A stretch of DNA of 64,000 nt from a candidate division FCPU426 bacterium. GTDB lineage: Bacteria; Oederibacteriota; PGYV01; Palsa-1178. The notes beneath the pieces were generated by a model, which saw only the letters and a program-made list of their open reading frames with translations, ran no database searches and was not told the DNA's origin. Below are positions 28,206 through 36,398 of the stretch, in pieces (within the stretch, counting starts at the first letter, position 1; each line of letters begins with the position of its first letter). The stretch covers positions 960,001 through 1,024,000 of the forward strand of contig CAWIXE010000001.1 of NCBI GenBank assembly GCA_963840035.1, read 5' to 3'. The position numbers and the translations under genes are program-made.

Positions 28206-29402
28206 GTGATAAAAAAGAACATCGCCATCGTAATCACCCGCCTTGACCTTGGAGGCGCTCAGAAGGTTGCTTTATATCTCGCGGAGAACCTTGACCGCAA
28301 GAAGTATAATGTGCATCTCATAGCGGGCAAAGGCGGAAAACTAGATGAGGAAGTTTTAGGTTTTAAGTTTGAAGATAAGGCGCAAAACAGTTCCCATCTT
28401 AAAACTTCAAACTTAAAACTGACTGTCAATCTCTGGGAAGAACTTGTCCACCCGATAAGCCCGATACTTGATTTTCTTGCGGTAATAAAACTTATCAGCT
28501 ATTTTGAAAAGAATAAAATAGATATTGTCCACACCCATTCCTCAAAAGCCGGCCTGCTCGGAAGGGTGGCGGCTCATTACGCTGATGTGCCAAAGATTGT
28601 TCACACGGTACACGGGTTTCCTTTTCATGAATATCAAAACCCGATTATGCATTTCATCTATGTCATGTTGGAAAAAATAGCGGCAAAAATAACGACGAAG
28701 CTTGTAAGCGTCGGTAATGACGTTACCGGATATGGGCTGAAAAAATCCGTCGGGACAGCGGAACAATACGTTATGATAAGGGCTGCGGTGGACCTTAAGG
28801 CGTTCGGAGGTCGGAGGTCGGAGTTCGGAGTAAAGGGGAAAGGCAGGGCGAAATTCCTCGGGCAATACGGCCTTGCGCCGGATAAATTTACCGTTGGCAT
28901 GATCGGGAACCTGAAAAAACAGAAGAACCCTTCGGGATTCATAAAGGTTGCGGCTGAAGCTATCAAGCTTGACCCTGATTTACAGTTTATATTCGCGGGC
29001 GGCGGGGACGGCATGGAAGACCTTGTGGAGATGACAAGGCATTATGACATACATGATAAAGTCAAGTTCATTGGCTGGGTTGAAAAACCGGAAATATTTA
29101 TGGCTTCCATTGACCTGTTTCTTTTAACTTCGCTGTGGGAGGGTTTACCGTGCACGCTGGCGCAGGCTTTTGCCGCTGGAAAGCCTGTTGTGGCAAGCGA
29201 TATTGGCGGCAACAGGGAATTCGTGGAAAAATTCAGCGCGGGGTGGCTGTATCCGCCTTTTGATTATAAAACTGCCGCGAGGGAAATCTTCGAGGCAAAA
29301 AGAAAAATGATAAAATACGAACCGCGTAAAAAGGGTTTTGATGAATTTGAGCTAAAGGACATGCTTAAAAAGTACGAAAGGCTCTTTGCAGGACTATTTT
29401 AA
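28206..29402 (+). CDS. GT4 glycosyltransferase
   Basis: GGAQK, HTHSSKAG, HTVHGF, KQKNP, SLWEGLP. Confidence 0.9.
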   Translation: MIKKNIAIVITRLDLGGAQKVALYLAENLDRKKYNVHLIAGKGGKLDEEVLGFKFEDKAQNSSHLKTSNLKLTVNLWEELVHPISPILDFLAVIKLISYFEKNKIDIVHTHSSKAGLLGRVAAHYADVPKIVHTVHGFPFHEYQNPIMHFIYVMLEKIAAKITTKLVSVGNDVTGYGLKKSVGTAEQYVMIRAAVDLKAFGGRRSEFGVKGKGRAKFLGQYGLAPDKFTVGMIGNLKKQKNPSGFIKVAAEAIKLDPDLQFIFAGGGDGMEDLVEMTRHYDIHDKVKFIGWVEKPEIFMASIDLFLLTSLWEGLPCTLAQAFAAGKPVVASDIGGNREFVEKFSAGWLYPPFDYKTAAREIFEAKRKMIKYEPRKKGFDEFELKDMLKKYERLFAGLF

Positions 29403-29445
29403 GGTGTTATATTACCGGAAAAATCGTTTTTATAAGCCTTGATTC

Positions 29446-29748
29446 TGTACTTGTAGGGGCGATTCACGAATCGCCCGCCTTGGTTGGTTTATGTTTAATG
29501 TATGGTTGTGACCGCCACAGGCCGGGTTTCTTCATGGATTGCGCAGTAGCGCAGGCCATGAAGAAACCCGGCCTGCAGCGGTCACAAATATGATCAATGC
29601 TATTATATGTACTTGTAGGGGCGATTCACGAATCGCCCGCCTTGGTTGGTTTTGATTAATGTATGGTTGTGCCGGACACAGGTTTGATTTTCTTATGGAT
29701 TGCGCAGTAGCGCAGGCCATAAGAAAATCAAACCTGTGTCCGACACAA
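29446..29748. repeat. BIME-like tandem (162-bp period): GTAG-REP plus hairpin element copies 3 and 4
   Basis: GTAGGGGCGATTCACGAATCGCCC at 29453 and 29615; hairpin cores at 29534 and 29695. Confidence 0.85.
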
Positions 29749-29866
29749 ATGGAACCTGAGGCAATTATAAGGTTACAGTGTCAGTTGTGACTAAAATCAC
29801 CGCATATATTAAGGGGTTTTGTTAGACTCTCTTCATTAGGGCAAATAAAAAAACTTTAAAAATGAT

Positions 29867-29893
29867 GTAAACTAAAAAAACCGTTTATACGTC
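29867..29893 (+). promoter_or_regulatory. ECF sigma promoter
   Basis: GTAAAC-N17-CGTC(TA). Confidence 0.7.
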
Positions 29894-30009
29894 TAAAACG
29901 CATAAAGCAATAATAGTTAAGGAGGTGAGTGCGGATTTTAAATTAGACTTCACATAGCGCTGTATTTGTGGTATATTTTATTTATCAAAATGATAAGGAG
30001 GGCAACAAA

Positions 30010-30546
30010 ATGAGGAAAATTCTCGCAATTTTATTAGTTTTATCACTTGCTTTTACTGCTGTAGGCTTTTGCGGAGTATCGGAAAAGGTGGAGAAATTGA
30101 TCGGAACCAACCAGGCAAACCTTGAAAGGACATACTACCCGAGGGACCAGAGGCCCAACCAGTTGGCCATCAAGCTCGGACCGCCGCTTTTTCTCGGCGT
30201 TGAGTATACCTATAATGTAATGCCGGCGCTCGGCGTAAATGTCGGCGTAGGCACGCTTGTTCCGGGATTCTCGGCGGATTTAGGGGTAATATACTACATA
30301 CTTCCCACGACATTCACACCGTACTTAAGGGGCGGCATCTGCTACCTCGGCAACTTCACGCAGAATATCATCGCTGCGAATCTGGGCGCCGGACTTGATA
30401 TCGCGCTGGATAACACGATTGCTTTACAGATAGGCGTGGACTGGGCAAAGTCGCTTTCAAACGCGGGCGCTCCTTTCCAGAACGCGGTATATAACGGCGA
30501 TGTAAACTGGTTTAACATTTCAGGCGGAGTGGGCTTCAGGTTCTAA
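30010..30546 (+). CDS. Outer-membrane beta-barrel protein
   Basis: Signal peptide, amphipathic strands (TPYLRGG, NLGAGLD), C-terminal GVGFRF. Confidence 0.75.
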   Translation: MRKILAILLVLSLAFTAVGFCGVSEKVEKLIGTNQANLERTYYPRDQRPNQLAIKLGPPLFLGVEYTYNVMPALGVNVGVGTLVPGFSADLGVIYYILPTTFTPYLRGGICYLGNFTQNIIAANLGAGLDIALDNTIALQIGVDWAKSLSNAGAPFQNAVYNGDVNWFNISGGVGFRF

Positions 30547-30581
30547 TACAAAAATAAATCAAGCATAAAAGGAGGAGCAAC

Positions 30582-31184
30582 ATGAAAAAGATTTTAACGG
30601 TATTGGCGGTAATCGCGGTATCTGTGATCTTTGCTTCCTGCGCTGGCATGACCGTGCAGAGGGTAGCCACAGACACTGTAACAGACCTTTCAGGAAGGTG
30701 GAACGACACTGACTCGCAGCTTGTTGCCGAGCAGATGGTAAAGGAAGCGCTTGAGTTCCCGTGGCTTAACAGGTTCATGAAAAAAGAAAGCAGGAACCCG
30801 AGGGTCATCGTAGGGGCTATCGTAAATAAAACAGACGAGCACATCGAAACAGACGTGTTCCGCAAGGCCATAGAAAGGGAACTCATAAAGTCAGACGCGG
30901 TTGAGTTCGTAGCTTCAAAGGACGACAGGGAAGAAGTAAGGGCGGAGAGGGAAGACCAGCAGGAGTATTCCTCGGAAACCACAAAGAAGAACTTTAAGAA
31001 GGAAGAGGCTGCCGATTACATGTTAAAAGGCGTCATTACTTCCGTTGTCGACCAGATAGAGGGCAAGAAAGCCGTATTCTATCAGGTGGACATGCAGTTA
31101 ACGGACATAGAGACAAACAAGATAGTATGGCCGGGCCAGAAGAGGATCAAAAAGGTCATCGACAGGCCGAAATTCGGATTCTAA
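30582..31184 (+). CDS. Penicillin-binding protein activator LpoB-like lipoprotein
   Basis: Lipobox FASC; DLSGRWNDTDS, NKTDEHI, ADYMLKG, FYQVDMQLTDIET. Confidence 0.8.
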   Translation: MKKILTVLAVIAVSVIFASCAGMTVQRVATDTVTDLSGRWNDTDSQLVAEQMVKEALEFPWLNRFMKKESRNPRVIVGAIVNKTDEHIETDVFRKAIERELIKSDAVEFVASKDDREEVRAEREDQQEYSSETTKKNFKKEEAADYMLKGVITSVVDQIEGKKAVFYQVDMQLTDIETNKIVWPGQKRIKKVIDRPKFGF

Positions 31185-31199
31185 TATTGAACCATACAA

Positions 31200-31239
31200 A
31201 GCAGGGACAGGTTTAAAAAACCTGTCCCTGTTTCTTTTT
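31200..31239 (+). terminator. Rho-independent terminator
   Basis: CAGGGACAGGTTT...AACCTGTCCCTG followed by T tract. Confidence 0.75.
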
Positions 31240-31293
31240 CAAAGAGTTTTTGTTTTATGGACGAGGGGAAAACATACTAAAAAAGGGGAAACA

Positions 31294-32517
31294 ATGAATA
31301 AAAAATTAGCCGTAGTAATAGTGGCGCTTGCCGTCCTGCTCGCGGGCTGCACAGTTCCTTTCAGGAAGACGCTGGATTCATATTTAACGCTCGGACAGTA
31401 CCAGAAAGCGGACGCCCTCATAGAGAAAGAGAAAAAGGACGGATCGGAATACAAGGACAAGAACGAGATACTTTATTATTTTGACAAGGGGTCCGTCACC
31501 CAGATGCTCGGGGATTACGGCGTTTCAAACGGATTCTTAAACACGGCCAACGAGCAGATAGAACTGTCTTACACCAGAAGCGTCGTGGACGAGGCGAACT
31601 CGTTCCTTTCAAACGATTTAAGCCTGAAATATTCCGGCGAGGATTTTGAGCAGGTTATGGTAAACATAATGACCTGTCTGAATTATATGTACGAGGGAAA
31701 ATTTGACGACGCCAGGATAGAGGCTAAAAAGGTCAATAACAAGCTGAACCTGTTGGCGGACACCATGGGCGATAAGGCGATTTACACCGATGACGCCTTC
31801 GCGCGTTACCTCTCGGCGTTTTGCTATGAGGCAAAAGGCGATATAAACGACGCTTACATCGACTACAAGAAGAGCCTGCAGACATATGAAAAATACACTT
31901 CAGTATACGGCATGGAAATGCCGGAGATGATAAAGCAGGATTTTTTAAGGACTGCCACGGCGCTTAAGTTCAAGGATGACATTGACGAATTCACAAAGGC
32001 AAACGGGGAAGTAAAGTTCACACCGGAGTCCGAACTAAATACAAAAGCCGAAGTGCTGATAGTTGTTTACGACGGCCTTCCGGCATATAAGATAGACTCA
32101 AACAGCTGGCCTAAGTTTGTGGAAAGGCCGGAGCCGCTCGAATCAGTTATGGTCACCGCAAATAAGGCGACCGCTGATTTCTACGTGGCGCAGGACATAT
32201 CAAAAATGGGCGTTAAGAACCTCGAACTGCGCGTCGGGCAGATTATGCTGAAAAAAGTGGCAAGCTCCGTTGTCAAGCAGCTGGCAAAACAGGTGGCAAT
32301 ACTGAGTCTTTTTGTTCAGGATGATAAAGCTGACACGCGTTCCTGGAGGACCATACCGGCAAGGTTCAGGGTGGCAAGGCTCATGCTTGAACCGGGCAAG
32401 ACGAAAATTACCGTCACATTGAACCCGGCAGGCAAGGGCGCACCTGTAACCCAGGTTTTTGATGTGAACATGAAAAAGGGCGAAAAGAAAGCCATACCGG
32501 TTTTCTTTTTCCGCTAA
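31294..32517 (+). CDS. COG3014-like lipoprotein, paralog 1
   Basis: Lipobox LAGC; YSGEDFE, ARIEAKK, YLSA, ADTRSWRTIP. Confidence 0.8.
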   Translation: MNKKLAVVIVALAVLLAGCTVPFRKTLDSYLTLGQYQKADALIEKEKKDGSEYKDKNEILYYFDKGSVTQMLGDYGVSNGFLNTANEQIELSYTRSVVDEANSFLSNDLSLKYSGEDFEQVMVNIMTCLNYMYEGKFDDARIEAKKVNNKLNLLADTMGDKAIYTDDAFARYLSAFCYEAKGDINDAYIDYKKSLQTYEKYTSVYGMEMPEMIKQDFLRTATALKFKDDIDEFTKANGEVKFTPESELNTKAEVLIVVYDGLPAYKIDSNSWPKFVERPEPLESVMVTANKATADFYVAQDISKMGVKNLELRVGQIMLKKVASSVVKQLAKQVAILSLFVQDDKADTRSWRTIPARFRVARLMLEPGKTKITVTLNPAGKGAPVTQVFDVNMKKGEKKAIPVFFFR

Positions 32518-32541
32518 TTATAATATGCGGAGAACCAAAGT

Positions 32542-33792
32542 ATGAAAAAGATAATAATTGCAGCGGCAGTACTGGCTGTTTTTTTTACCGGCTGCGCAAT
32601 GCCGTTTCGGCAGAAGCTTGATTCTTACCTCTCCACGCAGAAGTATATGGAGGCGGACCAGCTTATTGAAAAAGAGCAAAAAGAAGGCTCCGAGTATAAG
32701 GATAAGAACGAACTGCTGTATTACTTTGACAGGGGTTCTGTTTCCCAGATGCTCGGGGAATACGGCCTTTCAAACGACTACCTGGCAAAAGCTGACGGGA
32801 TGATAGAAAAGCTTTATACCAGGAATGTCGCTGACGAGGCGTATTCTTTTCTGTCAAACGACATGAACCTGATGTATACGGGCGAGGATTTTGAGCAGGT
32901 GATGGTAAACATCCTGCGCTCCCTTAACTTCATGTACGAAGGCAATTTCAAGGACGCCAGGATAGAAGCCAAAAAAGTAAACAATAAGCTCAACTGGTTC
33001 GCGGATACTTACGGGGATAAGGCAGTTTACACGGATGACGCTTTTGCCAGGTACCTTTCGGCTTTCTCATATGAGGCAAACGGCGACATTAATGACGCTT
33101 ATATTGATTACAAAAAAAGTCTTCAGGTATATGAACGCTATGGCCCGGCGTATAAGATGGAGATACCGGGTTATTTAAAAAAGGATCTTTTAAGGACCGC
33201 GACAGCGCTAAGATTTAAAAATGACGTGGATGAGTATAAAAAGAAGTTCGGGGATATTAAATTCGCGAAAGACGCTGACCTTAAGTCAAATGCCGAGGTA
33301 CTGGTAGTGGTGTATGACGGGCTTTCAGCATATAAAGAAGCGGGTTTTAATAATTTCCCCAAATATGTCCTCAGGGAATACGCTGTGCAGTCCATAAGCG
33401 TGACAGCGCAGGCCGCAAAGTCTGAAGCGGAGTTCTATGACGCGCAGGACGTGGCCAGGATGGCGCATACTAGCCTGGAAGCCAGGGCCGCGCAGATAAT
33501 GACAAAAAGGATGGCCAGCACCCTGCTTAAGGAAGCGGCGAAAAGGGTGCCACTGGTCGGGCTTTTCGTGCAGGATGACAAAGCAGATACCCGCTCGTGG
33601 AGGACGCTGCCCTCGAGGTTCCTTGTAACCAGGATGACATTAAGTCCGGGCAAGTCAAAAGTTAAGGTAATCATCTATCCGAGGGGATATGATGAGGATA
33701 AGACAGGCACAATAGCTGTTGTGGAAAAAGAAATCGAGATAAAACTAAAGGCCGGGGAAAAGAAAGTAATTCCCATATTTTTTCAGATTTAA
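32542..33792 (+). CDS. COG3014-like lipoprotein, paralog 2
   Basis: FTGC; YTGEDFE; ADTRSWRTLP. Confidence 0.8.
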   Translation: MKKIIIAAAVLAVFFTGCAMPFRQKLDSYLSTQKYMEADQLIEKEQKEGSEYKDKNELLYYFDRGSVSQMLGEYGLSNDYLAKADGMIEKLYTRNVADEAYSFLSNDMNLMYTGEDFEQVMVNILRSLNFMYEGNFKDARIEAKKVNNKLNWFADTYGDKAVYTDDAFARYLSAFSYEANGDINDAYIDYKKSLQVYERYGPAYKMEIPGYLKKDLLRTATALRFKNDVDEYKKKFGDIKFAKDADLKSNAEVLVVVYDGLSAYKEAGFNNFPKYVLREYAVQSISVTAQAAKSEAEFYDAQDVARMAHTSLEARAAQIMTKRMASTLLKEAAKRVPLVGLFVQDDKADTRSWRTLPSRFLVTRMTLSPGKSKVKVIIYPRGYDEDKTGTIAVVEKEIEIKLKAGEKKVIPIFFQI

Positions 33793-33818
33793 CATATAAC
33801 TGACATACGGAGAAGAAT

Positions 33819-35123
33819 ATGAAAAAAATCATCCTTGCTGCAGCAACCGTTTTGGTTATGGCGCTTACAGGCTGCGCCCCGCTTAACTTTTACGGCAAGC
33901 TCGACCCCATGCTCGTATCCGGCGATTATAAGTCCGCGGACGAGCTTGTGGAGAAGTCAAAGGAACAGTACAAGGGCCAGCATGAGATGCTCTACTACTT
34001 TGACAAGGGCGCCATACTGCAGATGGCCGGGGACTATAAGGGAAGCGTTTCTTTCCTGGAGCAGGCTGACCTGAAGATAGACGAACTTTACACAAAAAGC
34101 GCCACGCAGGAAATAGGGTCGTTCTTTTCAAACGACATGAACCTGCCTTATGACGGCGAGAACTTTGAGCAGGTCATGGTGAACGTCATGAAGTGCCTTG
34201 ACTTCCTTTACGCCGATAATTTCCAGGACGCGCAGATAGAAGCGCGCAAGGTTAACAACAGGATGAACCTGCTGGTGGACAAATTCGAGGGCAAGACCAC
34301 GTATAAGGACGACGCTTTTGCCCGGTACCTCTCGGCGCTGTCATATGAGGGTACGGGAAAATTAAATGACGCGTACATAGATTATAAGGCATCCTATAAA
34401 GCCTACCAGGAATACGAAAAACTTTACGGCACGCCTGTGCCGCAGCAGCTTAAAAAAGACCTGCTCCGCATATCCGAGGCCATCAAGTTCTACGACGATT
34501 ATGACGGATATAAAAAGGATTTTGAAGGCTTGTCATATGTTAAGCAGCAGGATATGAAAGGCAGCGGCGAGTTTGTCATAGTGGTATATGACGGAATGGC
34601 GCCTGTCAAGGAAAGCAAGTTTTTAATGCATAGTTATTATGACGAAAAGGCAAACAAGTACCATCAGATACCCATAGCCTTCCCGCATTTTAAGGCCCCG
34701 AGGCCGGTGCTCGCGGGAGCGTCCGCCTCGTATAAGACAGCCGGCTATGAAGGGTTTGTGGCCGAGGATGTGGGCGCCATAGCTGTAAAAAGCCTGGAGG
34801 AACGTAACGTTTTGATTATGGCAAAGGCCGTGGCCCGAGCTATTACAAAGTTTGTGGCAAAGCAGGCTTTAAGCAATGGCGGCAAGAACGCGATGATGGA
34901 CATGCTGGGAACGATTTATCAGTTCGCTTCGGAGCAGGCAGACACCCGCTCGTGGAGGACCCTGCCTAACAAGTTCTATATCATAAGAGGCAGGCTCGCC
35001 CCGGGAAAGTATGATTTGAAAGTAACACTCACCATGGCGGACGGGACAACAAGGGAAGAGGTTGTGAAGGTAAAAATCAAGGACGGCAAGAAGGATATAG
35101 TGCCGTTGTTCGCTCTAAAGTAA
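33819..35123 (+). CDS. COG3014-like lipoprotein, paralog 3
   Basis: LTGC; YDGENFE; EQADTRSWRTLP. Confidence 0.8.
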   Translation: MKKIILAAATVLVMALTGCAPLNFYGKLDPMLVSGDYKSADELVEKSKEQYKGQHEMLYYFDKGAILQMAGDYKGSVSFLEQADLKIDELYTKSATQEIGSFFSNDMNLPYDGENFEQVMVNVMKCLDFLYADNFQDAQIEARKVNNRMNLLVDKFEGKTTYKDDAFARYLSALSYEGTGKLNDAYIDYKASYKAYQEYEKLYGTPVPQQLKKDLLRISEAIKFYDDYDGYKKDFEGLSYVKQQDMKGSGEFVIVVYDGMAPVKESKFLMHSYYDEKANKYHQIPIAFPHFKAPRPVLAGASASYKTAGYEGFVAEDVGAIAVKSLEERNVLIMAKAVARAITKFVAKQALSNGGKNAMMDMLGTIYQFASEQADTRSWRTLPNKFYIIRGRLAPGKYDLKVTLTMADGTTREEVVKVKIKDGKKDIVPLFALK

Positions 35124-35187
35124 GAGTTTAAGAGACAGGAGATAGGAGACAGGAGTAAGACAGAAAATGCGAAAAACCCTGTTTTTC

Positions 35188-35251
35188 TTGACTATTAGGG
35201 GGTTTTAATATATGCTTAATACATGTAAACCAAAAATAAGGGTAAGGCGTC
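35188..35251 (+). promoter_or_regulatory. Tandem sigma70 (TTGACT-17-TATGCT) and ECF (GTAAAC-N17-CGTC at 35225-35251) promoters
   Basis: Both spacings exact. Confidence 0.65.
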
Positions 35252-35291
35252 TAATATTTATGAAATCAAAAACTATTAAGGAGGCGTGAAT

Positions 35292-35894
35292 ATGAAACTT
35301 AGAAGGTTTTTAACGGCAGCAGCGATAGCTTGTTTTGTGTCTTCGGCATTTGCTTACATCCCTGAAAATTCGGAGGAAAACTCATTTCAGGCGAAAATCG
35401 TTGACCAGATGACAGAGGTATCAAACCTGGTAAATGACGGCATCAAATCAATACGCCAGGAAGTGGTAAGCTCGACTTACCAGAACGTAAAGGGCACAAA
35501 GTTGGGCGACGGCGGGCTTGCTGAAGGCGAAGCCGGCGAGGAAAATGTTACTTCCAAGGAAATCCTCTACTATGAACCGAAAGAAGAGATATATGAGGCG
35601 CGCGACGCCATGGACGAAATGCTCATATGGATAAACATGTATAACACAAAGTCAGGCGACGATGTTATTACTTTCAAGAAGATCAAGGGATATGTAAGTG
35701 ACAAGTCCAAAGCCCTTGATAAGATGATAAACGCCTTAAAGTATGAGAAGGACAACAAGGATTCGGTAATGAAGGCAAAAATAGCCATTAAAAAAGTGGA
35801 CAAGGACTTTGCCAGGTACGTGAAAAGGCTTAAAGGAAAGATAGTCCTGATAGACGGAAAGCCGCTCCCTGAACCGACAAAAGACAAAGATTAA
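35292..35894 (+). CDS. Secreted hypothetical helical protein
   Basis: AFA signal peptidase site, RBS AAGGAGG, terminator follows. Confidence 0.75.
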   Translation: MKLRRFLTAAAIACFVSSAFAYIPENSEENSFQAKIVDQMTEVSNLVNDGIKSIRQEVVSSTYQNVKGTKLGDGGLAEGEAGEENVTSKEILYYEPKEEIYEARDAMDEMLIWINMYNTKSGDDVITFKKIKGYVSDKSKALDKMINALKYEKDNKDSVMKAKIAIKKVDKDFARYVKRLKGKIVLIDGKPLPEPTKDKD

Positions 35895-35908
35895 AGCAGG
35901 AAAGACAT

Positions 35909-35944
35909 AAACAAAGGCCGCGGAAACGCGGCCTTTGTTGTTTT
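35909..35944 (+). terminator. Rho-independent terminator
   Basis: AACAAAGGCCGCG-GAAA-CGCGGCCTTTGTT. Confidence 0.85.
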
Positions 35945-35989
35945 ATGGGCGGTGTACTGCCGGTATTTGGCGTGGATGTTTTTGATGTT

Positions 35990-36266
35990 TTGTAGCCGCA
36001 CCCTCTACGCTTCACCGGGGTGTGTACGCAGGATGTGGCTTGTCATTGGTTTGCGTCCATCAATGCCTTATCTAGGCGCAGGCCGGTGGAACGAAGGCCT
36101 GCGACTACGAAAACAATACCGGGCGAGCCATCCGTCTTCGCCTAAGCTTCGACGGACATGGCCGGCTCGCCCTACGAGTTCTAAGATAAAACAACTGGTT
36201 TTTGTAGAGACACAGCTTGCTGTGTCTCGCCTTCAGCGTTTGAGACGCAGCAAGCTGCGTCTCTAC
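35990..36266. repeat. Cluster of GTAG-REP-like elements including an inverted pair at 36204-36266
   Basis: GTAGAGACACAGCTTGCTGTGTCTC ... GAGACGCAGCAAGCTGCGTCTCTAC; also GGCTCGCCCTAC and GTAGCCGCA..TGCGACTAC. Confidence 0.75.
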
Positions 36267-36314
36267 AAATGCTTAATAAACGACGTATGAAGAGGCGGCA
36301 TAAGTTCAAAATCC

Positions 36315-36343
36315 TTGCTTATTACCCTGATTTGTATTAAAAT
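36315..36343 (+). promoter_or_regulatory. sigma70 promoter of ileS
   Basis: TTGCTT-17-TAAAAT. Confidence 0.6.
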
Positions 36344-36398
36344 TAAAAGATTTTACATTACGAAACCATTTGACTTATATTAAGGAGAAGCTAATATC

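Noticed and set aside
35952..36290. 112-aa ORF before ileS
   Set aside because: Composed of REP palindromes; no coding signature
36290..36398. T-box leader for ileS
   Set aside because: Promoter lies about 55 bp from the start; no T-box motif seen
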